Source: an uncultured Draconibacterium sp. (GTDB taxonomy: Bacteria > Bacteroidota > Bacteroidia > Bacteroidales > FEN-979). From it: a stretch of DNA of 64,000 nucleotides. The stretch covers positions 133,486 to 197,485 of the forward strand of contig CAYHGE010000001.1 of assembly GCA_964355945.1 (NCBI GenBank), given 5' to 3'. The translations under genes and the position numbers were made by a program. Numbering within the stretch: position 1 is the first letter of the stretch; each line of letters begins with the position of its first letter. A model generated the notes under the pieces. That model ran no database searches. It was not told the DNA's origin and saw only the letters and a program-made list of their open reading frames with translations. Of the stretch, positions 54,882 to 63,258 are shown piece by piece.

Positions 54882-56297
54882 ATGAACAAACGATTACAGG
54901 TTGTAAAATATGTTGCTGCTGATTTTTTTACGGCATTTTTGGCCTGGACCCTGTTCTTTTTCTATCGGAAATATGTGGTCGACCATCAGGTTTTCAGTCA
55001 TCCGGAGGATATCATCAACGATAGAAAACTCTATTACGGAATTTCCCTTATCCCTTTATTCTGGCTGATTCTCTACACCCTGATCGGTACCTATCGTAAA
55101 ATTTACCGTAAAGCCAGGCTTCGGGAGTTTGCCCAGACAATACTTATTACGTTCATTGGAGTTACCATACTCTTTTTCACCCTGATACTTGATGACATCA
55201 TCATCAACCAGCAAACCTACATCGAGTTCTTCTTTATCCTGTTCACACTTCACCTGTTTTTCACAGGTTCATTCAGATTCTTCCTGACCTCCAGGGCTGC
55301 CAATAAAATTCACCATAAACTCATCGGATTCAACACAATAATTATAGGGAGCAATGGAAATGCCGTCTCCATTTATGAAGAGATTGAGAATCAGGAAAAA
55401 TCGTCCGGCAACAGGTTTGTCGGGTTTATCAATGTTGAGGGATACAGCAAGTATAAGCTGGCTGAATCCATTCCACATCTTGGCGGCCTCCAGAATCTGA
55501 ACAGACTTGTTAAGGAGTTAAATGTTGAAGAGGTCATCATTGCTATCGAACACTCCGAAAACCATACAATCGAAAACATCATCACACAACTTGAAGACAC
55601 GGATGTGGTCATTAAAATCATTCCGGCTATGCAGGACATACTCATGGGGTCTGTCAAAACAACTTCAATTTTTCACGCACCACTCATCCAGATTTACCCC
55701 GACCTGATGCCTGACTGGCAGATGTCGTTGAAACGGATCCTTGATCTGGTGATCTCAATTATCTGCCTGATCCTCCTGTTACCGGCGATGATCATCACGG
55801 CCATCATCATCAAGGTCACTTCCCCCGGCCCCGTCTTCTTTTCACAGGAGCGGATCGGAATAAAGGGAAAACCTTTCAAAATGCATAAGTTCCGCACCAT
55901 GTACCGGGATGCTGAAGTTACCGGACCGCAGTTATCTTCGAAAAATGACCCGCGGATCACCCGGTTCGGGAAATTTCTCAGGCAATTCAGGGTTGATGAG
56001 ATCCCCCAGTTTTATACCGTATTAAAAGGAGATATGAGCCTTGTAGGGCCAAGGCCGGAACGCCAGTATTACATCGATCTCATCATTCAGCGTGCACCGC
56101 ATTACAGGCTGCTTCATAAGGTAAAACCCGGTATTACCTCATGGGGGCAGGTGAAATATGGCTATGCAGAAAACCTCGATCAGATGGTGGAACGTCTGAA
56201 ATTTGACATCCTCTACATTGAAAACATGTCGCTGGCGATGGATTTCAAAATTTTAATCTACACCATCCTGATCATCATCCAGGGCCGCGGGAAATAG
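54882..56297 (+). CDS. Polyprenyl-phosphate glycosyl-1-phosphate transferase (bacterial sugar transferase, WbaP/WcaJ-like)
   Basis: The N-terminus has TM helices. The C-terminal catalytic block is KRILDLV...LSPGPVFFSQERIG..GK.F...KFRTM and DE.PQF..VL.GDMSLVGPRP. Confidence 0.85.
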   Translation: MNKRLQVVKYVAADFFTAFLAWTLFFFYRKYVVDHQVFSHPEDIINDRKLYYGISLIPLFWLILYTLIGTYRKIYRKARLREFAQTILITFIGVTILFFTLILDDIIINQQTYIEFFFILFTLHLFFTGSFRFFLTSRAANKIHHKLIGFNTIIIGSNGNAVSIYEEIENQEKSSGNRFVGFINVEGYSKYKLAESIPHLGGLQNLNRLVKELNVEEVIIAIEHSENHTIENIITQLEDTDVVIKIIPAMQDILMGSVKTTSIFHAPLIQIYPDLMPDWQMSLKRILDLVISIICLILLLPAMIITAIIIKVTSPGPVFFSQERIGIKGKPFKMHKFRTMYRDAEVTGPQLSSKNDPRITRFGKFLRQFRVDEIPQFYTVLKGDMSLVGPRPERQYYIDLIIQRAPHYRLLHKVKPGITSWGQVKYGYAENLDQMVERLKFDILYIENMSLAMDFKILIYTILIIIQGRGK

Positions 56298-57026
56298 CAG
56301 CTTTTCCAGACTTTTCATGATCACAGTCGCCTTTCCCTGCAGGAAAATATCCGTAATATGTTCGGTGTAATTTGATGGTTCAGGGTTGATTTCGATAATG
56401 GTTGCCCCATACTCTTTCGCGATCAATGGGATCTGGTTGGCAGGCATCACCTCCCCCGTTGTTCCGATGATCAGGAGTACATCCGAAAGTGACGCGACCC
56501 TGTATGCTTCTTCAAGTGGCAGCTGTGGAATGGCCTCACCGAAAAAGACGAAATCAGGCTTCAGCACCCCACCACATTCCCGGCAGGCGGGAGGAAGATG
56601 TTCAAGGCTTATATCCCGTGAATGATAAATCCGGTGACACTGCAGACATCTGATTCTTTTCGAATTTCCATGAAACTCTGATACCATTTTTAACCCGGCC
56701 TCCTGGTGAAGATTGTCGATGTTTTGAGTGATGGTACTCCCCAACATTCCCTCTTGCTCCATCCTTGCCAGAACCAGGTGTGCCTTGTTGGGTTTTGCTG
56801 TAGCCAGAAAATCATAAAAAATCTCCCTGATCACGTTCCATGATTCGACCGGGTTACTCAGAAAATACTGCAGGTCAAGAACTTCAGGGTCATACTTTTC
56901 CCACAATCCATCCTCGCCACGAAAAGAAGGAATACCGCTTTCAACAGAGATTCCTGCCCCGGTAAAGGCTGTTGTAAACCGCGATCGTTTCAGGATCTGA
57001 GCAGCCTCCCCAAACTTATCAGTCAT
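56253..57026 (-). CDS. cobB: NAD-dependent protein deacylase (sirtuin, CobB-like)
   Basis: It has GAGISVESGIPSFRG, QNIDNLH and the Zn-ribbon motifs CLQC...CREC. Its 3' end overlaps the convergent sugar-transferase gene by 45 nt. Confidence 0.85.
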   Translation of the reverse strand: MTDKFGEAAQILKRSRFTTAFTGAGISVESGIPSFRGEDGLWEKYDPEVLDLQYFLSNPVESWNVIREIFYDFLATAKPNKAHLVLARMEQEGMLGSTITQNIDNLHQEAGLKMVSEFHGNSKRIRCLQCHRIYHSRDISLEHLPPACRECGGVLKPDFVFFGEAIPQLPLEEAYRVASLSDVLLIIGTTGEVMPANQIPLIAKEYGATIIEINPEPSNYTEHITDIFLQGKATVIMKSLEKLLFPAALDDDQDGVD

Positions 57027-57083
57027 ATTCTCAAATATTTGCGAAAATCGGCGCCTTTTCCTGCGAAAATCAGCGGGAAATTT

Positions 57084-59174
57084 TTACTTAAGCCACCGGT
57101 CAAGCCAGTTATAGAAGGTTCGTTGCCATAAAATCCCGTTCTGTGGTTTCAACACCCAGTGGTTCTCATCCGGGAAGTAGAGGAACTCGGCAGGGATCCC
57201 TCTTAATATGGCAGCATTGAATGCCTGCTGACCCTGCGTAGCCACAATCCTGTAGTCGAGTTCTCCATGAATGCAGAGAATAGGGGTATCCCAGTTCTGT
57301 ACAAACCGATGTGGTGAATTAGCAAATGATCGTTGGGCAACTTTGTTGTTTTTATCCCAGAAGGGGCCGCCCAGGTCCCAGTTGACAAACCACATCTCTT
57401 CGGTTTCAAGATACTGTGCCTCTAGATTGAACATACCGTCGTGTGCAATGAATGCCTTGAACCGCTTGTTGTGATTGCCGGCAAGCCAGTACACTGAAAA
57501 CCCGCCATAGCTGGCACCGATGCAACCCAGTTTATCCTTGTTTACATAAGGTTCTTTGGTCATGGCATCGATGGCGCTTAAATAATCTTTCATGTTCTGC
57601 CCGCCATAGTCACCACTGATCTGCTCGTTCCAGGCTTGTCCGAAACCCGGGAGCCCCCTGCGGTTAGGCGCTACAATGATATAACCATTGGCAGCCATCA
57701 TCTGGAAATTCCAGCGGTACGACCAGAACTGGCTTACCGTGCTTTGAGGCCCGCCTTCACAATACAAGAGGGTAGGATACGTTTTTGTGGAATCAAAATG
57801 CGGTGGATAGATAATCCAGCTGTGCATGTCTTTATTGTCGGTGGTCTTGATCCAGCGTTGTTTTATGGGAGCCATGGTAAGTTTATCCAGCACTTCTTTG
57901 TTGGTGGTGGTGATCGGGGAGTCTTTTCCCGAAACCGGATCCACTGCATAAAGTTCAGCCGGCATTGACATCGATACGCGTGAAGCAATCAGCTTGTCTC
58001 CGGCAGGGATCACACCGGTATAGTTGTGAATACCTGCAGTGATTTTGGTGAATTTTCCATCTGCCAGATCCATCCGGTAAATTTCATCAGTTGCGTGAAA
58101 ATCGCTGATAAAATAGAGAGACTTGTTGTCGTCAGCCCACACCAGGCCTTCGACATTCTGATCAAAGGCTTTGGTGAAGTCAACTTTTATTTTCGAATCT
58201 GTGTCATACACAAACAGTCTGTTCTTATCTGACTCATAACCATCACGTTCCATGCTCTGCCATGCAATTTTTTTACCGTCTCCCGAAAAAATCGGAGCGA
58301 CATCGTATCCCATCATGCCTTCGCTGATGTTGGTGGTTTTTCCGCCATCAAGTTCATAGAGATAGATGTCGGAATTGGTCGAAATTGCATATTCAACCCC
58401 TTTTTTCTTCCTGCAGGTATAGGCGATCACTTTGCTGTCGGGGCTCCAGTTGATCTGCTCCATGCCGCCAAAAGGCATCAGGGGGCACTCATAAGGCTCA
58501 TTCAGCAATATGTCGGTTCCTTTGGTGATCTGCTCAGCGCCGAGGTCGGCAAAGAAAACATGACTGTATGCCTGTACCCAGGTATCCCAGTGGCGGTACA
58601 TCAGGTCATTGTAAATCCTGCCGCTCGCTTTTGGAAGATCGGTGTAAAGATCTTTAAGTTGTTTATCAGGAACAACATCCGCGGTATAAAGAAGTTTCTT
58701 CATATCCGGGGCATATTTATATCCATTGATCCCGTTTTCAATGTTGGTGACCTGTTTGCGGGTGGTTCCATCAGGAGACATCTCCCAAACCTGCATGGAT
58801 CCGCTTTCGGCCGACATGAAAACGACCTTCTTGCCATCCGGCGTCCACATTGCCTGGTATTCGCTGAATTTTGTGGTGGTTATCCGCTTGAAACCCTGTC
58901 CGTCTGTCCCAATCGTATATAATTCGCGGTTTCCTTTATTCTGGGCAATATCGTAATAGGTTACTCCGTACAAAATGGTTTTCTTGTCAGGAGATAATTC
59001 CGGTTCACTCAACCGGCCGAAACTCCACAGAACCTCAGGGGTCATCAGGTCACTTTTCAGTGCCATGGCTGGTTTTTCAATCAGGGGCACCTCTTCTGCT
59101 TTTTTTTCTACAGGTTTGCACGACCAGGACCCGGCAAACAATGCCAGCAAGAGTACATAGGATAGTTTTTTCAT
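57084..59174 (-). CDS. S9-family serine peptidase (prolyl oligopeptidase / acylaminoacyl-peptidase type), lipoprotein
   Basis: It has a beta-propeller N-terminal half. The nucleophile motif GASYGG and the segments IHGELD and DENH in the C-terminal alpha/beta-hydrolase half are present. The signal peptide carries the lipobox GSWSC. Confidence 0.85.
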   Translation of the reverse strand: MKKLSYVLLLALFAGSWSCKPVEKKAEEVPLIEKPAMALKSDLMTPEVLWSFGRLSEPELSPDKKTILYGVTYYDIAQNKGNRELYTIGTDGQGFKRITTTKFSEYQAMWTPDGKKVVFMSAESGSMQVWEMSPDGTTRKQVTNIENGINGYKYAPDMKKLLYTADVVPDKQLKDLYTDLPKASGRIYNDLMYRHWDTWVQAYSHVFFADLGAEQITKGTDILLNEPYECPLMPFGGMEQINWSPDSKVIAYTCRKKKGVEYAISTNSDIYLYELDGGKTTNISEGMMGYDVAPIFSGDGKKIAWQSMERDGYESDKNRLFVYDTDSKIKVDFTKAFDQNVEGLVWADDNKSLYFISDFHATDEIYRMDLADGKFTKITAGIHNYTGVIPAGDKLIASRVSMSMPAELYAVDPVSGKDSPITTTNKEVLDKLTMAPIKQRWIKTTDNKDMHSWIIYPPHFDSTKTYPTLLYCEGGPQSTVSQFWSYRWNFQMMAANGYIIVAPNRRGLPGFGQAWNEQISGDYGGQNMKDYLSAIDAMTKEPYVNKDKLGCIGASYGGFSVYWLAGNHNKRFKAFIAHDGMFNLEAQYLETEEMWFVNWDLGGPFWDKNNKVAQRSFANSPHRFVQNWDTPILCIHGELDYRIVATQGQQAFNAAILRGIPAEFLYFPDENHWVLKPQNGILWQRTFYNWLDRWLK

Positions 59175-59178
59175 GGTG

Positions 59179-59601
59179 CTATATTATTTTTGGTAAAAAT
59201 ATGATGATTCCGACTATTATAGCTGCAAATGCAATAATCAGTACTGCCCCTGCAGACAAATCTTTAATAATTCCAGCCTGTTTGTGATATTGAGGAGATA
59301 CAAAATCGACCAGTTTTTCAACTGCAGTATTCATCACTTCCATTGCAAGAACAAGGGAGATCATGATCACCAGGATGCACCATTCAACAGTGGTTGCCTG
59401 AAAAAATAATCCACCAGCTACAACAAAAAAGCCAATGCACAAATGAATCAGGATGTTTCGCTGGCCTTTAACAGCAACAGTGAGCCCGTTGAATGCAAAT
59501 CCAATACTTTGGAAAAGGCTCTTAGCGCCTTCGTGTCTTTGCGGTGTGTCAGGCTTAGTCACTGATTTTGCATTAAATATACCTTCTGACTTTTGATACA
59601 T
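59179..59601 (-). CDS. dgkA: Diacylglycerol kinase family protein (prokaryotic DgkA), start uncertain
   Basis: It has three TM helices and the motif LAMEVMNTAVE. The ORF-track start is a TTG inside the upstream gene; in-frame ATG candidates are at 59649, 59616 and 59601. Confidence 0.7.
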   Translation of the reverse strand: MYQKSEGIFNAKSVTKPDTPQRHEGAKSLFQSIGFAFNGLTVAVKGQRNILIHLCIGFFVVAGGLFFQATTVEWCILVIMISLVLAMEVMNTAVEKLVDFVSPQYHKQAGIIKDLSAGAVLIIAFAAIIVGIIIFLPKII

Positions 59602-60136
59602 ACGTGACCCATTCATTCCCAAATCTTGCAGAAAGAAATGCCTCTTCATTCTTAACAATCCTGTGATGGATGTATATCCCGTATATCATAAATGTAACAT
59701 TGATCAGGTCGGGGAAATAGATACAGGATCCAATGGAGATTAAATGTGTTCCCACATACAAGGGATTGCGTCTCAAACGGTAAATTCCGTTGGTTTGCAG
59801 TTTTGTCTCCATGCCTGGCAATCCGACAACCAGAGATTTTCCGAGGTTAATCAAAGCGAAGGTTGATATAAAACAACCTGTATAGAGAAATCCTACCGCA
59901 GTCCATGAAAATGAGTCCGGTGGGAAAATATATCCGACCCCGGGGTTGATGGCTTTTATAATGAAAAGAATCCATGTTGTGAAAAGTGCAACTTTGCCGG
60001 TGTAAAAATATAGCTTTTCTGCACTTGGGGTTCCCAGAAATTTTGCAGGCGAACTCTTTATCCGAATGTATTGGAGGATGAGAACCGCAAGGAGAAAGAT
60101 GAATGCTGTCAAAACCATGTAACTGTGGAGCGGCAT
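59573..60136 (-). CDS. Isoprenylcysteine carboxyl / phospholipid methyltransferase-family membrane protein
   Basis: It is polytopic. The C-terminal motif is GIYRLRRNPLYVG...E..L...FG..W..Y. Confidence 0.7.
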   Translation of the reverse strand: MPLHSYMVLTAFIFLLAVLILQYIRIKSSPAKFLGTPSAEKLYFYTGKVALFTTWILFIIKAINPGVGYIFPPDSFSWTAVGFLYTGCFISTFALINLGKSLVVGLPGMETKLQTNGIYRLRRNPLYVGTHLISIGSCIYFPDLINVTFMIYGIYIHHRIVKNEEAFLSARFGNEWVTYVSKVRRYI

Positions 60137-60212
60137 CTTTTTTTTGGTAAATTTAGATAAATTTCTGTTTTCAAAGCGTATTCACAGCCATATTTTTCAG
60201 ACTGATATTGAC

Positions 60213-60220
60213 TACCTTTG
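60213..60220 (+). promoter_or_regulatory. Candidate -7 box TACCTTTG
   Basis: It matches TAnnTTTG and lies 20 nt upstream of the ATG at 60240. This supports that ATG as the ABC-F start. Confidence 0.5.
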
Positions 60221-60239
60221 CCACTTATACGATTCAAGC

Positions 60240-62117
60240 ATGTCAACAATTCTTCAGGTTGAAAACCTGGCCCGTTCTTATGGTGAAAAAAATCTGTTTG
60301 AAAACATTTCATTTGTTTTGAGCCAGTCTCAAAAAGTTGCGCTTATTGCACGGAATGGTGCAGGAAAAACCAGCCTGCTCAACATTATTGCCGGACTTGA
60401 GCCTTGTGATGCCGGCTCTGTCAATCTCTTCAATCCGGAATCATTTGAATACCTCAGGCAGGAGCCTGACCTCGATCCGTCAAAAACTGTTTTTGAGGAG
60501 GTCTATTCTCATTCCAATGATATTCAGAAGACCATCCTCAATTATGAGCATGTCATCAAGGGTGAGGACAAAGCAGAGATTCAGCGCGCCATTGAACAGA
60601 TGGATGCCATCCAGGGATGGGAGTATGAAACCCGTGTGAAACAGATACTTACCCAACTCAAGTTGCCCGATCTTGACCAGCGGATCAGCCAGCTTTCGGG
60701 AGGACAACGTAAGCGGGTGGCTCTGGCGAAGGTACTTATCACAGAACCCACCTTTCTGATCCTTGACGAACCCACCAACCACCTCGATGTTGAGATGATA
60801 GAATGGCTGGAGGAGTATCTGGCAAAAAGCACTCTTACCTTGCTAATGGTTACCCATGACCGCTATTTTCTCGACCGGGTATGCGATGAAGTGCTCGAAA
60901 TGGAAAATGCGGCGGTTTACAAGTATATGGGCAACTATTCATACTTCCTTGAAAAACAAGCTGAACGCATCAACAACCAGAACAAGGAGGTGGAGCGGGC
61001 ACAAAACCTCATGCGCACAGAACAGGAGTGGATGCGCCGGATGCCCAAGGCCCGCACAACGAAAGCCAAAGCACGCATCGACAGCTTTTACGAATTGCAG
61101 GAGAAGGCATCCAGCAAAATCTATGAAGAGCGGATGAACCTCAACATTGAAGGTGTCCGCATGGGAAATAAAATTCTGGAGATCAACGATGTATCGTACA
61201 AATGGGGCGAACTCGCCATCCTGAAAGGGTTTACCTATACGTTTAAACGTGGTGAAAAGGTTGGGATTGTTGGTAAAAATGGCTCTGGTAAATCAACATT
61301 TCTGGATATCATCACCAGCAAAATAAGGCCGCAAAAGGGACATATTCAAACCGGCGAAACGATTCAGTACGGCTATTACAAGCAGCAGGGACTTGTGTTC
61401 AATGATGACACGAAGGTGATCGATGTCGTAAAAGAGATTGCTGAGGTGGTCAAACTCGGAAATGGAGACACCATTACAGCGGCAGCATTTCTGAACTATT
61501 TCATGTTTCCGTATCCTTCACATTTCCAGTCTGTTTATAAGTTAAGCGGAGGAGAACGCCGGCGGTTGTATCTTGTCACGGTCCTCATGCGCAGTCCGAA
61601 TTTTCTGATTCTCGACGAACCCACCAACGACCTTGACATCCTCACCTTGAATGTGCTGGAGGAGTATCTCGCATCATTCAACGGGTGTGTGGTTGTTGTT
61701 ACCCACGACCGATATTTCCTGGATAAAATCGTTGATCACCTCTTTGTCTTTGAAGGAGATGGTGTTATCAGGGACTTTCCGGGGAACTATACCCAGTACA
61801 AGGCATGGAGTGATGACCGAAAGAAGAAGGAGCAGCTTCAAAAACGTATTGCAGTGCGGAGTGTAGAAGCTCAAAAACCTGTTGTGGCTGCATCCAATAA
61901 GTTGTCATTCAAGGAGAAACGTGAACTGGAATCTCTTGAAACCGAGATTGCTGCTCTGGAGGCAGAGAAATCGGAGATTGAATCCGATCTTCAGTCGGGA
62001 AGTTTGAGCGCAGATGCCTTGACAAAGCGATCGGAGCGCTGGGCGGCGATTGTTCCGGAAATTGAAGGTAAAACAGAACGCTGGATGGAGCTGAGCGACA
62101 GGGATTCAAGTCAATAA
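60240..62117 (+). CDS. ABC-F family ATPase (Uup/EttA-like, two ABC cassettes, no TM domain)
   Basis: It has two Walker A motifs (ARNGAGKTS and GKNGSGKST) and two signature motifs (LSGGQRKR and LSGGERRR). The C-terminus has a coiled-coil tail. Confidence 0.85.
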   Translation: MSTILQVENLARSYGEKNLFENISFVLSQSQKVALIARNGAGKTSLLNIIAGLEPCDAGSVNLFNPESFEYLRQEPDLDPSKTVFEEVYSHSNDIQKTILNYEHVIKGEDKAEIQRAIEQMDAIQGWEYETRVKQILTQLKLPDLDQRISQLSGGQRKRVALAKVLITEPTFLILDEPTNHLDVEMIEWLEEYLAKSTLTLLMVTHDRYFLDRVCDEVLEMENAAVYKYMGNYSYFLEKQAERINNQNKEVERAQNLMRTEQEWMRRMPKARTTKAKARIDSFYELQEKASSKIYEERMNLNIEGVRMGNKILEINDVSYKWGELAILKGFTYTFKRGEKVGIVGKNGSGKSTFLDIITSKIRPQKGHIQTGETIQYGYYKQQGLVFNDDTKVIDVVKEIAEVVKLGNGDTITAAAFLNYFMFPYPSHFQSVYKLSGGERRRLYLVTVLMRSPNFLILDEPTNDLDILTLNVLEEYLASFNGCVVVVTHDRYFLDKIVDHLFVFEGDGVIRDFPGNYTQYKAWSDDRKKKEQLQKRIAVRSVEAQKPVVAASNKLSFKEKRELESLETEIAALEAEKSEIESDLQSGSLSADALTKRSERWAAIVPEIEGKTERWMELSDRDSSQ

Positions 62118-62956
62118 CAAGCTTCAATGATAACTGTGTCCATCCAATCACGGACAAATCCGAGGATGGCTTCCTTCTCAAATTCATTGTGAAGCTCGTG
62201 ATACAATCCATCCCAGGGTTTGAAAGTAAGCCCTGAAATAACCATTTCTGAAAATTTACTGGTGGCAGCAAAATCTGTCAGGTGATCATCTGTGCCGTGC
62301 ATCAGCAATAGCTGACACGTAATTTGGCCTGCCTGTTGGAGCGCATATTCGCCGGCATGAGAAATTTCGAAAAAAGTTCGTGCGGTAATCACATGGTGCA
62401 CCAGCGGATCTGCAAGATATTTTACGCCAACTTCTTCATCATGGCTTAGATAGGAGGGAATAATGCCATCGGGGGTGGTCATGGATGGGAAAAGTTTGTT
62501 GGCAATGGTTGCAACGACTGCTTTATAAAGCCGCGGTTTAACATTCAGCCTTAGCCAGGGACTTGTAACCACAGCGCCGGCTACAGAAGGATGGTTCCTG
62601 ATCAGGTAATTCAACACGAGATTTCCTCCCATGCTGTGGCCGTATAGAATAACCGGAAGCTCCGGGTGTCGCTTGCATGCTGCTTTAAGTAACAAGGTGA
62701 GATCACCCATTATACATTCATAGGAAGGGAAATGTCCTCTCGTCCCAAAGGAACGGCCATGCCCGCGGAGATCAACGACGATCAGGGTATAACCTGCTGC
62801 TGCAAAGTATGTTCCCACATATTCATAGCGCCCGGTGTGATCGCTCAATCCATGAATCAGCAGGATCACCCCTTTTGATCTCCCCAACGGAGACCATTCA
62901 CAGGCGAAAAACGACAATCCTTTTCGATATGGAATGTCAAATTCTGTTTTTGGCAT
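62111..62956 (-). CDS. Alpha/beta hydrolase (lysophospholipase / monoacylglycerol-lipase-like)
   Basis: It has HGLSDHTGRY and the nucleophile elbow GHSMGG. The length is 281 aa. Confidence 0.8.
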   Translation of the reverse strand: MPKTEFDIPYRKGLSFFACEWSPLGRSKGVILLIHGLSDHTGRYEYVGTYFAAAGYTLIVVDLRGHGRSFGTRGHFPSYECIMGDLTLLLKAACKRHPELPVILYGHSMGGNLVLNYLIRNHPSVAGAVVTSPWLRLNVKPRLYKAVVATIANKLFPSMTTPDGIIPSYLSHDEEVGVKYLADPLVHHVITARTFFEISHAGEYALQQAGQITCQLLLMHGTDDHLTDFAATSKFSEMVISGLTFKPWDGLYHELHNEFEKEAILGFVRDWMDTVIIEACY

Positions 62957-63074
62957 TTGATAAAGATAATAAAAAATAGTGAGTAATATTCAAACTGATT
63001 GAGGTCCCCGCGTTCTGCAGAACATCCCGTTTATATTTTTCAACAAACGCTTGACAGCCGATCTAAAAAACTGC

Positions 63075-63082
63075 TATATTTG
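63075..63082 (+). promoter_or_regulatory. Candidate -7 box TATATTTG for the tRNA gene
   Basis: It matches TAnnTTTG. A TTGACA lies 19 nt upstream of it. It sits 46 nt before the mature tRNA 5' end. Confidence 0.45.
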
Positions 63083-63127
63083 CGGCTGAATGTATGGCAC
63101 AATATACATCATGATTTATCAACAAAT

Positions 63128-63203
63128 GCGGTAGTAGCTCAGTTGGTAGAGCATCAGCTTCCCAAGCTGAGGGTCGTGGGTCCGAATCCCATTTACCGCT
63201 CCA
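63128..63203 (+). tRNA. tRNA-Gly (anticodon CCC), with the CCA end encoded
   Basis: I folded the cloverleaf by hand. The acceptor stem is GCGGTAG/TTACCGC, the D arm is GCTC-AGTTGGTA-GAGC, and the anticodon arm is TCAGC-TTCCCAA-GCTGA. The variable loop is GGGTC and the T arm is GTGGG-TCCGAAT-CCCAT. The discriminator is T, followed by CCA. Confidence 0.9.
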
Positions 63204-63214
63204 GTAAAATCAAG

Positions 63215-63244
63215 GGTTTCAGAATTTCTGAGACCTTTTTTTTT
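63215..63244 (+). terminator. Rho-independent terminator after the tRNA, also facing the convergent gene
   Basis: GGTTTCAGA-ATT-TCTGAGACC forms a 9-bp stem with one G.U pair. A T9 run follows. Confidence 0.7.
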
Positions 63245-63258
63245 ATTGAGCAATGCGG

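Noticed and set aside
56253-56297. The 45-nt convergent overlap of the sugar-transferase and sirtuin 3' ends, as an antisense regulatory arrangement.
   Set aside because: The sirtuin tail beyond ...LEKLL is probably just a poorly constrained extension up to the first stop codon. Nothing else supports regulation.
56253-57026. The SIR2-domain protein as an anti-phage defence gene (Thoeris ThsA, DSR or SIR2-HerA type).
   Set aside because: It is a compact 257-aa classical sirtuin with the GAGISxxSGIPxFRG NAD pocket and a CxxC...CxxC zinc ribbon. It has no fused effector or sensor domain and no partner gene, so it is a housekeeping CobB-like deacylase.
60240-62117. The ABC-F protein as an antibiotic-resistance (ARE) determinant.
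   Set aside because: ARE and housekeeping ABC-F proteins cannot be distinguished by eye. The chromosomal context and the long C-terminal coiled coil look Uup-like.
63012-63023. The perfect 12-bp palindrome GTTCTGCAGAAC upstream of the tRNA and the hydrolase.
   Set aside because: It is short, single-copy and contains a PstI-like core. Its occurrence by chance is plausible, and there is no supporting context.
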